Below, one piece after another: positions 13,228 through 26,090 of a stretch of DNA of 64,000 nt. The notes beneath the pieces were generated by a model that was not told where the DNA came from, searched no databases, and saw nothing but the letters and a program-made list of their open reading frames with translations. This DNA is from Cenococcum geophilum (taxonomy: Eukaryota). Each line of letters opens with the position of its first letter. The stretch's first letter is position 1. The stretch covers positions 32,674,001 through 32,738,000 of the forward strand of contig CP158635.1 in NCBI GenBank assembly GCA_050273025.1, read 5' to 3'. The position numbers were made by a program, and so were the translations under genes.

Positions 13228-15371
13228 AATAAGTAATAATATTAACCAAATTAATTAGACGGATATTATACCTCTAGTAAATAACTTAGAGATATTTTAA
13301 ATCTTTAAGGATAAAGATATAAAGGAAGGAGATAGTGTTACGGACACTTTAAGTACTATATTACGACTACTTAAAGAGGAGTTAGAAAAAGCTAGTTAGT
13401 TAATTTAAGCACGGTCTAGTATAGAACTAGTGGAACTATGTAATGAGGAATGGTAACTAAGGTTATATAATATGCTACATATTAAATAAGAGGAATAAGA
13501 GGAACTTATATACCTTATATATAACCCGTATATTATATATAAGAAGGATTTTATAGGAGTACGGTTGTGTATTTAAGGACCCTTAGTCCCTACCTAGATA
13601 GTTCCTTCCTTATAGTAATTCTTAGAATATAATTAAAGTTAATCTGTTAGGCAACTACTTCACTAGTTATTATTACGTTGTTAACTACTATCTTTGCATT
13701 TCCTACACACCTAGCCTATTGACGGGCCTATTGTAGTTCTTACTACAAGGTTCCGTTACAGGAATAGTCTTTAAATAAATATGCAGCCGTATAGTATCTA
13801 TAGGCCCTAGTAAAGCACCTGTCTCCTATATAGCCAAATTTTTAGTAGCTCGTATACTGCGTAGTAGGAGAGACTTTAAGGTATTTTACTACCTTAGTAG
13901 CTGTACCTGCAATTGATATCTCTTTTTGCTTAAGGATTTCTTGTCTTTTTTCTTCGTTTTCTATAGTAAAAACTATAGAGCCGAATCTAGTCTGTAGATC
14001 GTGTCTTTTTACACTAGATAAGATCCATCTAGGTAGTCCTTATATCCTTATAGGATTAAAGGTCTCAATTTCTTCTTTTAGAAGCTTAGAGCCTCCTTCT
14101 CCTAGGAAAGGTAGGGTAGGAACCCTATAGGCTATAATTTGAACCCATAGTTCTAGTTTTTGTTTTCTTTAAAAAGTAAAGCAATTATGCCAGATTTCCT
14201 TGTATTTAACTAGGAAATCCGCATTATACTCTTCCGTAGTTATAAGAAGAATATTTTGTTTTCCTTTAGTTCTAGCTATAGATACTAAAACAGGTTTTTC
14301 TACTTGCAGTTTTAATGCAAATAGTTAATTGACTTTGTTTCGTATAGAGAAGGTATCTAAAGGTTAGTCCTATTAGTCTGTAATAAGGACTAGCTTCCTT
14401 TCTTATAGCTGCTTTTTCTTACTTCTAGTAGAAGTAGAAGGGGTAGGAGATGGTGTTGGTAAGGAGGGCAGGGGGGATGAGGAAGGGAGGTTCTTCTTTA
14501 GTCTCTCTGCGTAGGTTTCCTTAGTAGGAGCTACCTCCTTACGGAGAGCTCTTACTTCTTCAACTAATCCTTGTAGGATATCTTTTGCCTTTTCTTTTCC
14601 TTTTATAAAGGGATTTTCTCCTGCTAGAATACTCCGTGTATAGTTCTCTAGCTATTTAACTTGTTCTTTTTCTTCTTCTTTTTCTTCTTCTTCTAGCCCT
14701 TTATAGGCCTGTATTAGGCTTTCTAGGGCCTTTTGTAGGTGTTGTTTAGGAGAAAGGGGAGGGAAAGATATACTAGGTATACCAGCCGTAAAAGTCATTA
14801 ATTTTGTTGTCTTTTTTGCAGGTTTTTGGTTTTCTTTTTCAGTAGAAGACTAAGGATGTCCTCTTTTTTCTCCTGTCCCAAATAGGCCAGGAGAAGGAGA
14901 AGGGGCAGAAAAAGTGAATGTAGTCGTAGACTCATTATCACTTATTTCTATAGGAGGTTTTTTTTATGCCTATTAGACTTTGGCATCTTATAGGGGGGTT
15001 TCCTAGTTTTTTCTACCCTTATACCCTTTCTCCTTACTAATCCTACTAGAAGATTTCTGGGGAGATTAGGCTAAAAGGGAGTAGAAAGACTAGCCCCTAT
15101 TAGTATTAGTATTGGTAATAGTAGTAGTGGTTTTAGTATTCCTGTCCGTGCCTTACTTATAAGCTAGGACCACCCATAGAGAAAATTTTCTATTAGGATA
15201 AGGGGGTAAAATGACAAATAAATCCACCTTTAGCTCGCTAGGCGGTAGGAATTAGGTCTTAAAAGTTAGAAAATCAATTGTTTTTGATGGTAAGATGGGT
15301 ATACGTAAGTTTTAGAGTGTGGCGCTACCTTTTGGTAAGGTTGCATATGCGGTAAAGATTTATACGGTAGT

Positions 15372-15500
15372 TACCAAAGCCCTATATAAGGCTCTACTAA
15401 AGCTCTATATAAGCCTCTATTAAAGCTCTATATAGGCCTCTATTAAAGCTCTATATAAGCCTTTACCTAAAGCTTACCCCTTACTATAAAGCAGATCCCA
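15372..15500 (+). repeat. 3' remainder of the 2110-3686 minisatellite unit, with its terminal motif
   Basis: aagctctatata repeats followed by cctaaagcttaccccttactataaagcagatc, homologous to 25115-25150 and 26105-26138(-). Confidence 0.8.
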
Positions 15501-15523
15501 TAGCGTAATACGACAGAGGTATA

Positions 15524-15930
15524 TATATATTACTTCTAAATTAAGCCTAACTTAAGTAGGGCGCCTTAGTTACTATAGTAGATCCTTTTAATAAGATAAT
15601 ACTACCTAGCAGTAACTAAGGCGCCTTAGCCTTACTACTACTTCTAAAAGCTCTATAAGGGGGTCCAGGGGGTCTCCTTTTAGAAAACCTTTTATATATA
15701 TATATATAGATATTAATTAGACTCTATATTACTTCTAAATCAAGCCTAACTTAAGTAAGGCGCCTCGGTTACTGCAATAGATCCTCTTAGTAAGATAATA
15801 TTACTTAGTAGTAACTAAGGCGCATTAGCTTTATTACTACTTTTAAATTAAGCAAAAGCTCTATAGAGGGGGGGTCTAGGGGGTCTCCCCCTAGAAAACC
15901 TTATATCTATATATATATTAATATATTAAT
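15524..15930. repeat. Two ~200-bp tandem units, each with an internal inverted repeat and the GGGGG-TCT-CCCCC module
   Basis: Perfect 15-bp IR ggcgccttagttact (15560-15574) / agtaactaaggcgcc (15611-15625), repeated at ~15759-15824. Hairpin at ~15876-15894. Confidence 0.8.
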
Positions 15931-16009
15931 AAAACTATATATAAGGCTCTAAGTTAAAGCTTTTAAACTCGGGTCAAAGTTTACGTAGGGTACCTAACGT
16001 TCCGCATGT

Positions 16010-19000
16010 TAGATTTTCTAAGTTAGGGATAAATAGGCGGCCTCTATAATAGAGCCTGTTCTCTTTTACTTCTAAGGCTGCTATATTAATCTAGCCTAAG
16101 CTTTAAAGGTTAGTAGGTAGCGTACAGGCGCCAGCAGTCTTTACGGCAATAAGTTAATACAGTAATAGGTTAGTAGAGGCGTTATATACCGTAGTAATAA
16201 GCTCGTTAATTTCGGGAGGTGATTTTAGTTTTATGGTATAAAGCTAGGGTATAGTTAGCTCTATTATAGGTAGTATACCTAGGGCTAAATTTCGTGCTTT
16301 TAGGATTGTCTGTTGTTAGAACTAATTATAGGGGTTATCTTTAGACTAAGGAAGGTCTTACAAGCGGCGTATTAGGCTATTAGGTTTAGTACCTTATACT
16401 CCTAGTCTATATACAATTTTGAAGTTAAAACTAGAGAACTCGTTCCAATATACTTGGCGTTAGTTTAGCTACTTCGTAGTTATAAAGTACTTAAGGTTAC
16501 GATAGTCCGTAAGGACTTTAATTGGCTAGTTAGGCTCTACTAAGAAGAGTTCTAATTAGAATTCTTTAAATACTTATATAATTATAAGGAGTTCTTTATT
16601 ATAGATCTTATAGTTATACTCTTATAGTATAAGCTTAGATAAGTAGAATACGACTAGGTAAAGAAGACTGTTATTGCCTATCTAGGAAAGGACGCCTGCG
16701 TTAATATAGTTTAAGGAGTTAGTTTTAAGGTAGAGTTATTATCCTAGTGTAAAGTGAGCTAGGACAGGTACTTTAGTAAAGGCATTTTTAAGGTTTTAGA
16801 ACGCCTTCTTGTATTCAGGCGTCTAGGTAAAGTGTAGGTGCGTTTTTCTTCCTTTTACAAAAAGGCCCTTCGTTTACATTATTGCTATAAGTAGTGCTAC
16901 TACGCCTAAGAAGTTGTATATAAATTTCTAATAGAAGTTAGCGAAACTGAGGAAGGCTTATACGTCCTTAATACAGTTAGGGGCTTGCTATTTAGTAATT
17001 ATATATACCTTCTTAGAGTCCATATAGACACCCTTAGTAGTAATAATTAGTCTAAGGTATTTTACTTCTATAACTAAGAATTCGCATTTCTTTAAATTAA
17101 TATAAAGTCCTACGTCCCTAAGGCGCTATAGGACCTTTTAAACGTGTTCAGTATGCTTAAAGGGGTTATTGCTATAAATAAGTATGTTGTCTAGGTACGC
17201 AGAGCAGAATTCATTAAGGTAGTCCTATAAGGCGTTATTAATATAGCTTTAAAAGGTGCCTGGGCCGTTATATACGCTAAAGGGTATAATAGTATATTTA
17301 AATTGGCCAAAGCGCAATGCGAATACGGTTTTCTATTTATTACCTTCCTATATTTAAAGGTGATTAAAGGCGGCAATAATATTAAGCTTAGTATAGATTT
17401 TAGCTTAACTAAGCCGCTTAAGGGTCTTACGTATAAGCGGTACTGGGTATTAGTTTTTAATTATAATAGCGTTAAGTTCTCTATAGTTAATGTAGAATTA
17501 AATACCTTCTTCTAGCTTCTTAGCGAGAAGGATAGGGGCGGCTGCTAGTAATATACTAGGACGAATAAATCCTTTATTAAGGTGCTCGTTAATATACTTT
17601 TTTATAACTAGAAGCTCGTCTTTTAATATTAAGTAGGGTCTCTTATAAGGTGGCATTTTTCCTTATTTAATGTTAATGGTATAGTTATTAGGTCGATATA
17701 GGGGGAGTATATCTACGCTCTTTTATAAGCATATATTGGTAAAGTTATAGTACTTCTTAGGGAGGATCTTGCGGAGTTCTTCGTTGGTAAGTCCTTTTTT
17801 AAGCTTTATAAACTTCTTAAAGTCTAAAGGTAAAAGTCCGTAGAGTTCCGTAGGGGCGTCATCTTCTAAAAGGTTAACTATATCTATCCTATTACTATAG
17901 AGGACGTAGTCCTATTCTTTATTAAGCTTATATAGTCGTAATTAGGAAGCCATAGTAATGGTCTAGCCTTTTTTACGTGCTATATAGTAGAAGGCCGGGG
18001 CACTTATATAGTAGTAGTTAGTTATAGGTGGGGTAATAAGGGGTTCCTTAGGTTAATATCCTAGGGAGTAAATAGAGGCGGCTAGGCTATGCCCTAGGCA
18101 AGTCTCTCTACAGTATTTAGAGTTAAAGGTTACTTCTCTCTTCTTCTAGTTAATGGCAGGGTTGTATTATTTAAGCTAGTTTATTCTAAGGATAATAGGA
18201 TAGTTAATAAGTAGTATTATATAGGCCTAGAGTTCTTCCTAGTACCTATTTATATCTAGGTGGAGTTATACTATATAGGTAATCTTCTATACGGTATAAT
18301 TACCGTTAGCGAGTTATAGGGCGCGGGCTTTAGTAAGGGGTAAAGTAGGTAAGTTATAAGTACGCACGAATTAGGTATCTATAAATTTATTAGTAGCTCC
18401 GCAATTAATTATAGAACGGCTTTTATATTATTTTTTAGCAGTAGTTCCTATTATAGGTAAAACTATCTATTTCTATCCATTTATCTTTATAGAGTTATTT
18501 ATTAAGTAAGCCAATATATAAATCCCTCCGTTATTAGGGCGTTCTAACCCACAACTTAGGGCTAGGACTTAGCGTTTTCCGTTTCCGTATCTAACTCTAC
18601 CGCTATTACTACGTCTTCGTCTTATACGGTAGTGGCGTATAGTAACGTATTTGGTGTTTAGGGTATTAGGTTAAGTATTAGGTAGCGGTTACTAAACCTA
18701 GCTATTAGGCAGTTTAGGTTATCGCAATAATAGCCTTCTTAACGGCATTTATAGCAGCGTTCTAGTTTTTAGAGTAGCTCGCGCTCTCTATCTAGGAGTT
18801 TCTATGGGAAGGTTAGTATAGAGAAATTAATATTAGTTCTGGTAGTACTTAAGGTAATAGGCGTTAGTGGCTTAGTATATATAGGTTTAGTAGGCCCAGG
18901 GGGCTTCTATAAAGAGGTCTTTAGGTAAGGGTTAGCAGTAGCTATCTAATTTAGTTATTATTCGATCTTCTATAGAGCTACTACTATATTATAAACATCG

Positions 19001-20480
19001 TTATAGTTATAGCTGGCGGCTGCGTAACTAAGGTAATAAGTAACTTTTTTAAGGAGGTCCTTTTAGTCTTTAGTATCGTCTTAGGCGAGGGCTCTAGTAT
19101 ATTCCTAGAATTTAATATAAAATTCGTTAAATAATTCAGTAGGGCCCATCTTTAGGGCATATAGTTTAGCTCGGTTGGTGGCTAGTAGGTCGTAATTGCG
19201 GTATATTAGGTTGAGATTATTAAGGACTTCTTAGTAGGACTACTACTTTTAGGGGCTACTAGTCTCCTATTAGGCGAAGAGTCTATTAAATAGTATACCC
19301 TTTATTCGCCTAATAATATAGCCGATCTTAGTGTCTTCTATAGGAAAAAGGTAGGCACTCTAAGTTAGTTTCTCGCGGATTTGCATCTTCTAGTAGCTAT
19401 ATTTCTTATGGTCTCCCTAAAAGACTAGGGAATTAGGGTAGCGTATATTAGACCCTACGGTAGCAGTTTAGGTCCAATTATTATGGCTTTTATTATTACT
19501 GCTTTAGTAGGGGTTCCTATTAGGTAAAGCTGCTTAGCGCTAGCCCTCTATTAAGCGTTAAGTAGGTAAAGTTGCCGGGGGCGTAAAGACTTAGGTGGCG
19601 TTATATATAGTAAAGAGGTGTCTGGCGTTATTATAAATATGCTTATTAAGCTAAGTTATAGGTATTTAATTATACCTTCTCTTTTAGTAACTGTAGCAAT
19701 TAGTACAATCTTAGCCTTCTTTAACTATTAGACGTCGCGTTTAGACACGCGGAGGTTATCTTTGGTTTCTTATCGTATATTATCGGCAAGCGCCTTACGA
19801 GCTTATAGGTCTTGGATAATATCGCGATTTTAGGCAGTACGCATCTCGGCTCGTATAAGCTTTAGGTAATAGTTCTATAGAAGGTGGTAGTATTTATTAG
19901 GGTCTCGTGCTACCATTTTTATAAACGTCTTGGCGTCTTATATTTTAATTTTAATAGGTAGTAGCCCTTCCGTTTACTTGTCCGTAGTTATATAGTTAAT
20001 AAAAGATAAGATATTATCGGTGTCCGTCTCCTTAGGGGTTAAGGCTAGGGCTAATAAATCGAATTCTCTTGGGATTGATTGGCGTCGTAGGTTAGGTATA
20101 GGTATTAGATTATTCTTTAGGTTTAATATAGTAGCTAGTAAGGGATATTGTCTTACTACTATAGGTTCCTTAAAAGTATAAAGTAAGGTAATTTATAAAC
20201 ACGCTGCTTCTAGCAGCGCCTGCAGTATTATAGAGATATAGAATTGGTTGTAGGCTAAGCGTTAGTGGTAAAAAAGGCGTAACGTAATGTTATGGGACGG
20301 GGGTAGTGGCCATAAAGCGTATGTATTCGAGGAGTCTACAAGACGTTACGCGATCGATCGTAAGGGTCGAGGGCGTAAGGAGGTAATATACCTACGCGTA
20401 GCTGACATAAGCTGTACGTGAGGTGTACGTAAGAGCACGGGGCTCTCCTATAGAGGCCCCTATGGTAGGGTTCCGTGACA
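16010..20480 (-). mobile_element. Ty3/Gypsy element (family 2), 3'-truncated before the integrase core
   Basis: Single LTR at 20288-20480 (TG..CA). gag ~20130-18570, protease I(D)CGAT ~18400, RT YLDNILIY ~17190, RNase H ~16800-16400. Ends after RLYYRGRLFIP at ~16030. No 3' LTR seen. Confidence 0.85.
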
Positions 20481-23369
20481 ACTAAGCCTATACCTAAGCG
20501 GAATATTTAATAATATATTATATAAGAGACTTCTATAAATCCTAAGAAATAAAGGCCTATTAAACTAGATAATTAAGTTTATCTAAGCCTTTCTGATAGG
20601 GTGTACTATAAAAATTATAATTAAGGGCTATAAAAGCGAATTAATACTAATACCTATAGGTATTATATAGGGATTACACCTATTTCTAATTCTAATTCTT
20701 TTCTTTATATCTAAACTACTAGAGATATATAATAATAGCTAGAATAATAGCTATATAGAATTATAGGGGCCTATAAAAGGACACTATATGCCGTAATAGA
20801 ACGTAAAGTAGTAGTACTGCTACTAGACGTATATATAGAAGCAACTGCTATATAGAGGGCATCCATAGTATAAGGCCACCTAGTAGAGAAGGAGATATAC
20901 TAGATAATAGAGCGTATATAAGAAGTAAGGGCCCTATAAAGAGGTATTACGCCTAAGCTTATAAGTTAAAAAGCCCTTTATTTATAAGTAGTAGAGAAAG
21001 AATAGGAAATATAAGAGCTACTATAATACTTAGCGCCACGCTAATAGAACATTATAATAATAATAGAGGATATAGGGCCATTAGTATAAGTGGAGGTCTA
21101 CTATATACATCGCAAGATAGGTAGATATTAAGTAGAAACGATGCTAAAAGAAAGCGGTAAAAGCATAGAGAGGAACTACGTGGAGCACCCTATAAATAAT
21201 ATTAACTTTCTCCCTATATAAAGGACAGATAAAGGCAGAATTTATAGCTGCCTTTCTATTATAGATAGAGGTCTTAGAACTAAACGTATATCTAGTAAGC
21301 ATCTATATCCTAAATACTATACTATATTATACTATACTATACTATACTATACCATACGTATAAATAGCCTATATAGTTAGTACGCTATATAATACTCTTC
21401 TATAACTACTATATAGTAAAAGACTAGCTATTTACTAGGGCGGGCATAAATAATATTACCTAAATACTATTTATAAGTAGGGGCCTATATAAAACAGTAT
21501 AATAGTTTATAGGTTAAGAAGTCCTCTAGTAGTTTTAGATAGCGTATAAGATCTAATAGGAGGACATAGGGGAATATGCCCCTTTTTAGCCCCTTAGGGA
21601 CTAAACAACCCTACTAAGCTAAAGGCGGCTTATAGGCGACTTACTATACCCTTCCACCACCCCCTAGACCTTCTAAAATACCTTAGAAGTATAGTATAAA
21701 AGGTAAATATATTATAAAGGTAAATAGGCTAGGCATAGGCGGAGCGCGTAAGACTAGCTAAAAGGATACACTTAGGTTATTCCCTTATTAGGGATTTTTC
21801 CTATAAATAGAAGGTAGAAGCCTATATAGACCTAGTAAAGGGACTAAATCGGGCAATAAATAGAATAAATAAATAATAATAATAATAGCTAGGATATAAT
21901 AGTTCTAGAATTTATAGATAATATAAACTTAATTATATAGGGAAATATAGTAGTAGAAAACTATACTAGGCTAAACTAGGCATATAATAGGTACATTATA
22001 TAGGCAAAACAATATAGCGCTAAATTTGTATTAGATAATTACTAGCTTATCTACTTTATAAGGGAAAAAAGGGTAAGTAGCGACCTAGCCTTAATAGTAA
22101 ATATCTAGAGCTGCGAAGTAAAACTAGAAGCTACCCTTAAGGGTTTAGATAAACTCTAGGTTAAACTAAAACAAGTATATTATATAGGCGACTTATAGAG
22201 AAGTAGTAGTATTTTTGGTAGTATTATAAATTACTACCTTAATATAAGGACCCTCTTTTAAATATATACGCCTACTATATATAGTAGTAGTAAGGCTAAT
22301 AATGCTATACGGCTCTTAAATCTAGGGCTTAGGACTAGGCGGTAAGGTACTAGTAAAAAGCCTACTAGCGCTACTAGCTAAGCTATAAAACTAGTGCCTA
22401 TATAGAACTATAGGGGCCTATAGAAGAATACTACGCGCTATATTAAAACGCGAAGTAGTAGTTCTACTACTAGACTTATATAGTAACTTAACTACTATAT
22501 AGAGAGTAGTTATAGTATAAGGCTACCTAGTAGAAGAAAATATATACTAAATACTAAAATATATATAAGGAATAAGATATATATATAAGAAGCGATAGCT
22601 CCTTAAAGAGGTAATACGCCTAAATATACTAGCTAGGAAGCCTACTACCTATAAGTAGTAAAGAGAGAAAAGGAAATATAGAAACTATTAGCTTACTAGG
22701 CGGAGACCTAACGCTATACTATTAGAGCGCTATAATAGTAATAGAGGATAAAAGGTTACTAATATAGATAGAAATCTACTACACTAATTATAATATAGGT
22801 AGATCTTAAATAGAAGCGATAATAGAAGGAGGTAGCGAAAATATAAGACGCAGCTATAAAGAACACCCTATAGTTAATACTAATAAAGGTAAAATCTATA
22901 GTTGCCTTTCTACTATAAATAGAGGTTTTAGGCCTAAATATATAGCTAGTAAGCATCTATATTTTAAATACCTTACCTTAATATATATACGGGTGGCCTA
23001 TTTAGTTAGTACGCTATATATTACTATTCTACAGTTACCGCTTAGTAAGGTACTAGCTATTTACTAGTATAGGCATAAACAATATTACCTAAGTACTCTC
23101 TATAAGTAGAGGCCTATAGGTAGTAATAAGATAGCTTATAAGCTAAGAAGTTCTTTAATAGTTCTAAATAGTATAAAAGATCTAATAGGAGGATACTAAA
23201 GGGTACTCCATTTTCTAGCCCCTTAAAGACTAAATATCCCTACCTAGCTGTAGGTAGTATGCTAGCGAATTACTAGATACTTCTACTACCCCCCCCCTCT
23301 AAATCTTCTAATATACCTAAAAAATATAGTATATAAGGTAGACCTAAAGATATAAAGATATATTAGTTT
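20481..23369 (+). pseudogene. Decayed LINE reverse transcriptase / 3' fragments, two tandem partial copies
   Basis: GI(PQ)G(S)..S.IL..F-like motif at ~20660-20705. Segments 20755-21720 and 22405-23340 are paralogous. Heavily RIPped with internal deletions. Confidence 0.65.
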
Positions 23370-24422
23370 TATATATTCTACCTTTACCAAACTAATATAT
23401 CTTTATATCTTTAGGTCTACCTTATATACTATACTTTTTAGGTATATTAGAAGATCTAGGGGGGGTAGTAGGAGTATCTAGTAATTTATTAGCGTACTAT
23501 CTACAGCTAAGCAGCAGTATTTAGTCTCTAAGGGGCTAAAAGGGGTATATCCTTCAGTGTCCTCCTATTAGATCTTATATACTATTTAGAACTACTAAAA
23601 AACTCCTTAGCCTATAAGCTATATTAATACTACTTATAAGCCCCTACTTATAGAGAGTATAAGTAATATAATTTATACCTATACTAGTAAATAGCTAATA
23701 CCTTACTAAGTAGTAGCTATAGGAAAGTAGTATATAGTATACTAACTAAATAGGCTATCTATAAGTGTATTAAGGTATAGTATTTAGAATATAGATACTT
23801 ACTAGCTATATATTTAGGCTTAAAATCTCTATCTATAGTAGGAAGGCGGATATAGATTTTACCTTTATTAGTCCTTTATATAGGAGGAGTATTAGTATTA
23901 ACTATAGGGTATTCTATATAGCTACGTCTTATATTTTTACTACCTCCTTCTATTATCGCTTCTATTTAAGGTCTACCTATTTTGTAATAAGTATAGTAGA
24001 TCTCTACTAGTATAGCGCTAGGTCTCCACCTAGTAAGCTAATAGTTCTTATATTTTCTTTTCTTTCTTTACTACTTATAGGTAGAGGGCTTCCTAGCTAG
24101 TATACTTAGGCGTATTGCCTTTTTAAGGGGCCCTCAATCCTTACATACGTTTTAGTATTTAGCATATATTTTCTTTTACTAAGTAGCCTTATACTATAAC
24201 TATTCTCTATATAGTAGTTATATTAATATATAAGTCTACTAGTAGAACTACTACTTTATATTCTAGTATAGCGCGTAATATTCTCTTATAAACCCCTATA
24301 GTTCTATATAGGTACTAGATTTATAGCTTAGCTAATAGCGCTAAGGAGCTTTTTATTAATACCTTACTACTTAGTCCTAGGCCCTAGATCTAGGAGCCGT
24401 ATAGTATTATTAGCCTTACTAT
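22288..24422. repeat. Long inverted duplication (foldback) of LINE relic, arms ~1.05 kb, ~19-nt spacer
   Basis: tagacctaaagatataaagatatattagttt (ending 23369) is mirrored by aaactaatatatctttatatctttaggtcta (from 23389). Outer ends 22288-22350 and 24361-24422 are reverse complements. Confidence 0.9.
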
Positions 24423-24509
24423 AAATAAATAAATAAATATCTATATAATTTCCTATATAATTATTTCTATAAATTTTGTAATTAATTACTAGTATAAAAA
24501 TATATATTT

Positions 24510-25160
24510 ATACGCCTATATATTTATATAAAGCTCTATATAAGGCTCTATATAAAGTTCTATACAAGGCTCTGCACAAAGCTCTATATAAGGCTCTACA
24601 CAAAGCTCCGCTCGAAGCTCTACTTAAAGCTCTACTCGAAGCTCTACTTAAAGCTCTACTCGAAGCTCTGCTTAAAGCTCTGCTTAAAGCTCTGCTTAAG
24701 CTCCTCAAAGCTCTGCACAAGGCTCTGCTCGAAGCTCTGCACGAGGCTCTGCACGAAGCTCTGCACGAGGCTCTGCACGAAGCTCTGCACGAGGCTCTGC
24801 ACGAAGCTCTGCACGAGGCTCTGCACGAGGCTCTGCACGAAGCTCTGCACGAGGCTCTGCACGAAGCTCTGCACGAAGCTCTGCGTACGGAGGCTCTGCA
24901 CGAAGCTCTGCACGAAGCTCTGCGTACGGAGGCTCTGCATAAAGCTCTGCACGAAGCTCTGCACGAAGCTCTGCACGAAGCTCTGCACGAAGCTCTGCAC
25001 GAAGCTCTGCAGAAGCTCTGCACGAAGCTCTACGCGGAGCTCTGCGTAGGGCTCTGCGTAAGCCTCTACTAAAGCTCTACATAAGGCTTTATTAAAGCTC
25101 TGCGCGAGGCTCTACCTAAAGCTTACCCCCTTCTATAAAGCAAATCTATACCTACTAGTA
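24510..25160 (+). repeat. 12-bp minisatellite array, near-perfect centre, with terminal motif ending CTAGT
   Basis: (GAAGCTCTGCAC/GAGGCTCTGCAC)n at 24730-25030, RIPped flanks, ends cctaaagcttaccccc...gcaaatctatacctactagta. Confidence 0.92.
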
Positions 25161-25552
25161 GTCCTTAGTTATTATTTAAAGCTGGCTCGTCGGTTTGGGT
25201 ACTCTGGCTGCGGTAGGAAGAGGTCGTGGGAAAGGTGCGGCTGCTACGACTCGGGGGCGTCGGGCGCGACGACGAGATAACGAATTGGAATCGGGCAAAT
25301 CGGGCAACGTAGTCTTCTTCGCCAGGTTTAATTTGGTAATTCTAGCCATTAGGAATAGCTTAGGGAGCTGTGGAAGTTAAGACAATTTGGCTCAAAGTAG
25401 GTGTATATAGGCCTAAATACCCCGCGCGGGACTAACAAAAATCCGAACCGTGTACCAGACCTTCTAACGAAGGTCTTGCCAAAAGCGGCTAGCGGCTTGG
25501 CAAGGTAAGCCTTGGCAAGAAGGTCTGGGAACGAGACAATATCCTGTCAAAC

Positions 25553-25751
25553 TTATCTCAGTTGACTCATCCGCTTCGCCGAGGAATTTAAGGAGGCGGC
25601 CACCCCTTGCTCCCGCCCGCGCCACAGGAACTTATGAGCCAACCAGACGGTCGCTCTAACTCATGGGTACTTATTAGCCAATAGAACGCCGCACTACTCC
25701 TACCACCCCTACCACCCCCCAAAATTCCTCTGCGAAGCGTCTGAGAGATTA
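25553..25751 (-). other. Inverted-repeat cassette A (TAATCTCTCAGA...TGAGTCAACTGAGATAA) with CCAAT-containing interior
   Basis: 21/24 IR at 25566-25589 / 25722-25745. Ends and the interior motif attggc..ataagtacccatgagtt are shared with cassette B. Confidence 0.75.
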
Positions 25752-26090
25752 TAGGCGTGCGTTTGGTGTAAACTGGGTCCTTTTTCTAACGTGCGTTAAT
25801 TTTAAACAACTCTGGCAGCGTGAATATACCAGCTATGGTCTTAGTGCGCGATGCATTTAAATTATAATCTCTTCTTTTATATAATTATAATAATTACAAT
25901 TAGCTAACCACCGTATTAGGGGGCGAGATATAGCCTCAAAGTTCGAAGACGCATTTTTGAAATTGGTCCCTTTCCGCCAGCTGCATCGAAACAGCAGCCG
26001 TACTCCACCACTACCACTCCGTTTCCTTCCAAATTCACAGAGGTGCCTCTTGTACTCTATTACAAACAGCTCACCTAATTATACTATACC

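Larger units (their letters stand above)
4186..13760 (+). mobile_element. Ty3/Gypsy chromovirus family 1, copy 1 (full length, RIPped)
   Basis: 425-bp LTRs at 4186-4610 and 13336-13760 (TG..CA), 5-bp TSD GGAAT, PPT 13321-13335. gag ATG ~4657, CCHC ~5660-5700, protease LIDS ~7805, RT Y(LDD)II ~8770, RNase H ~9200-9560, integrase ~11370-12100, chromodomain ~12460-12600. Confidence 0.95.
4031..15160 (-). pseudogene. LINE ORF1 (gag-like, CCHC zinc knuckles), split by Gypsy 4186-13760; start approximate
   Basis: De-RIPped TQ(C)TS(CQ)KFG(H)IGDRC at ~13815-13865, continuing across the insertion to GKPCQ.TTPLCINCKEKHF.NSKD at ~4085-4160. Confidence 0.75.
3687..15371 (-). mobile_element. Non-LTR (Tad/I-like) element with ORF1 only, ~2.1 kb net, interrupted by a Gypsy element
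   Basis: Poly(T) at 3687-3700 is a poly(A) tail on the minus strand. 13-bp TSD tac(t/c)aaagcccta at 3674-3686 and 15372-15384. ORF1 carries zinc knuckles. No EN/RT between the ORF1 stop (~4031) and the tail. Confidence 0.8.

Noticed and set aside
21320..21355. (TACTA)n microsatellite
   Set aside because: A short local slippage expansion within a LINE relic, with nothing distinctive.
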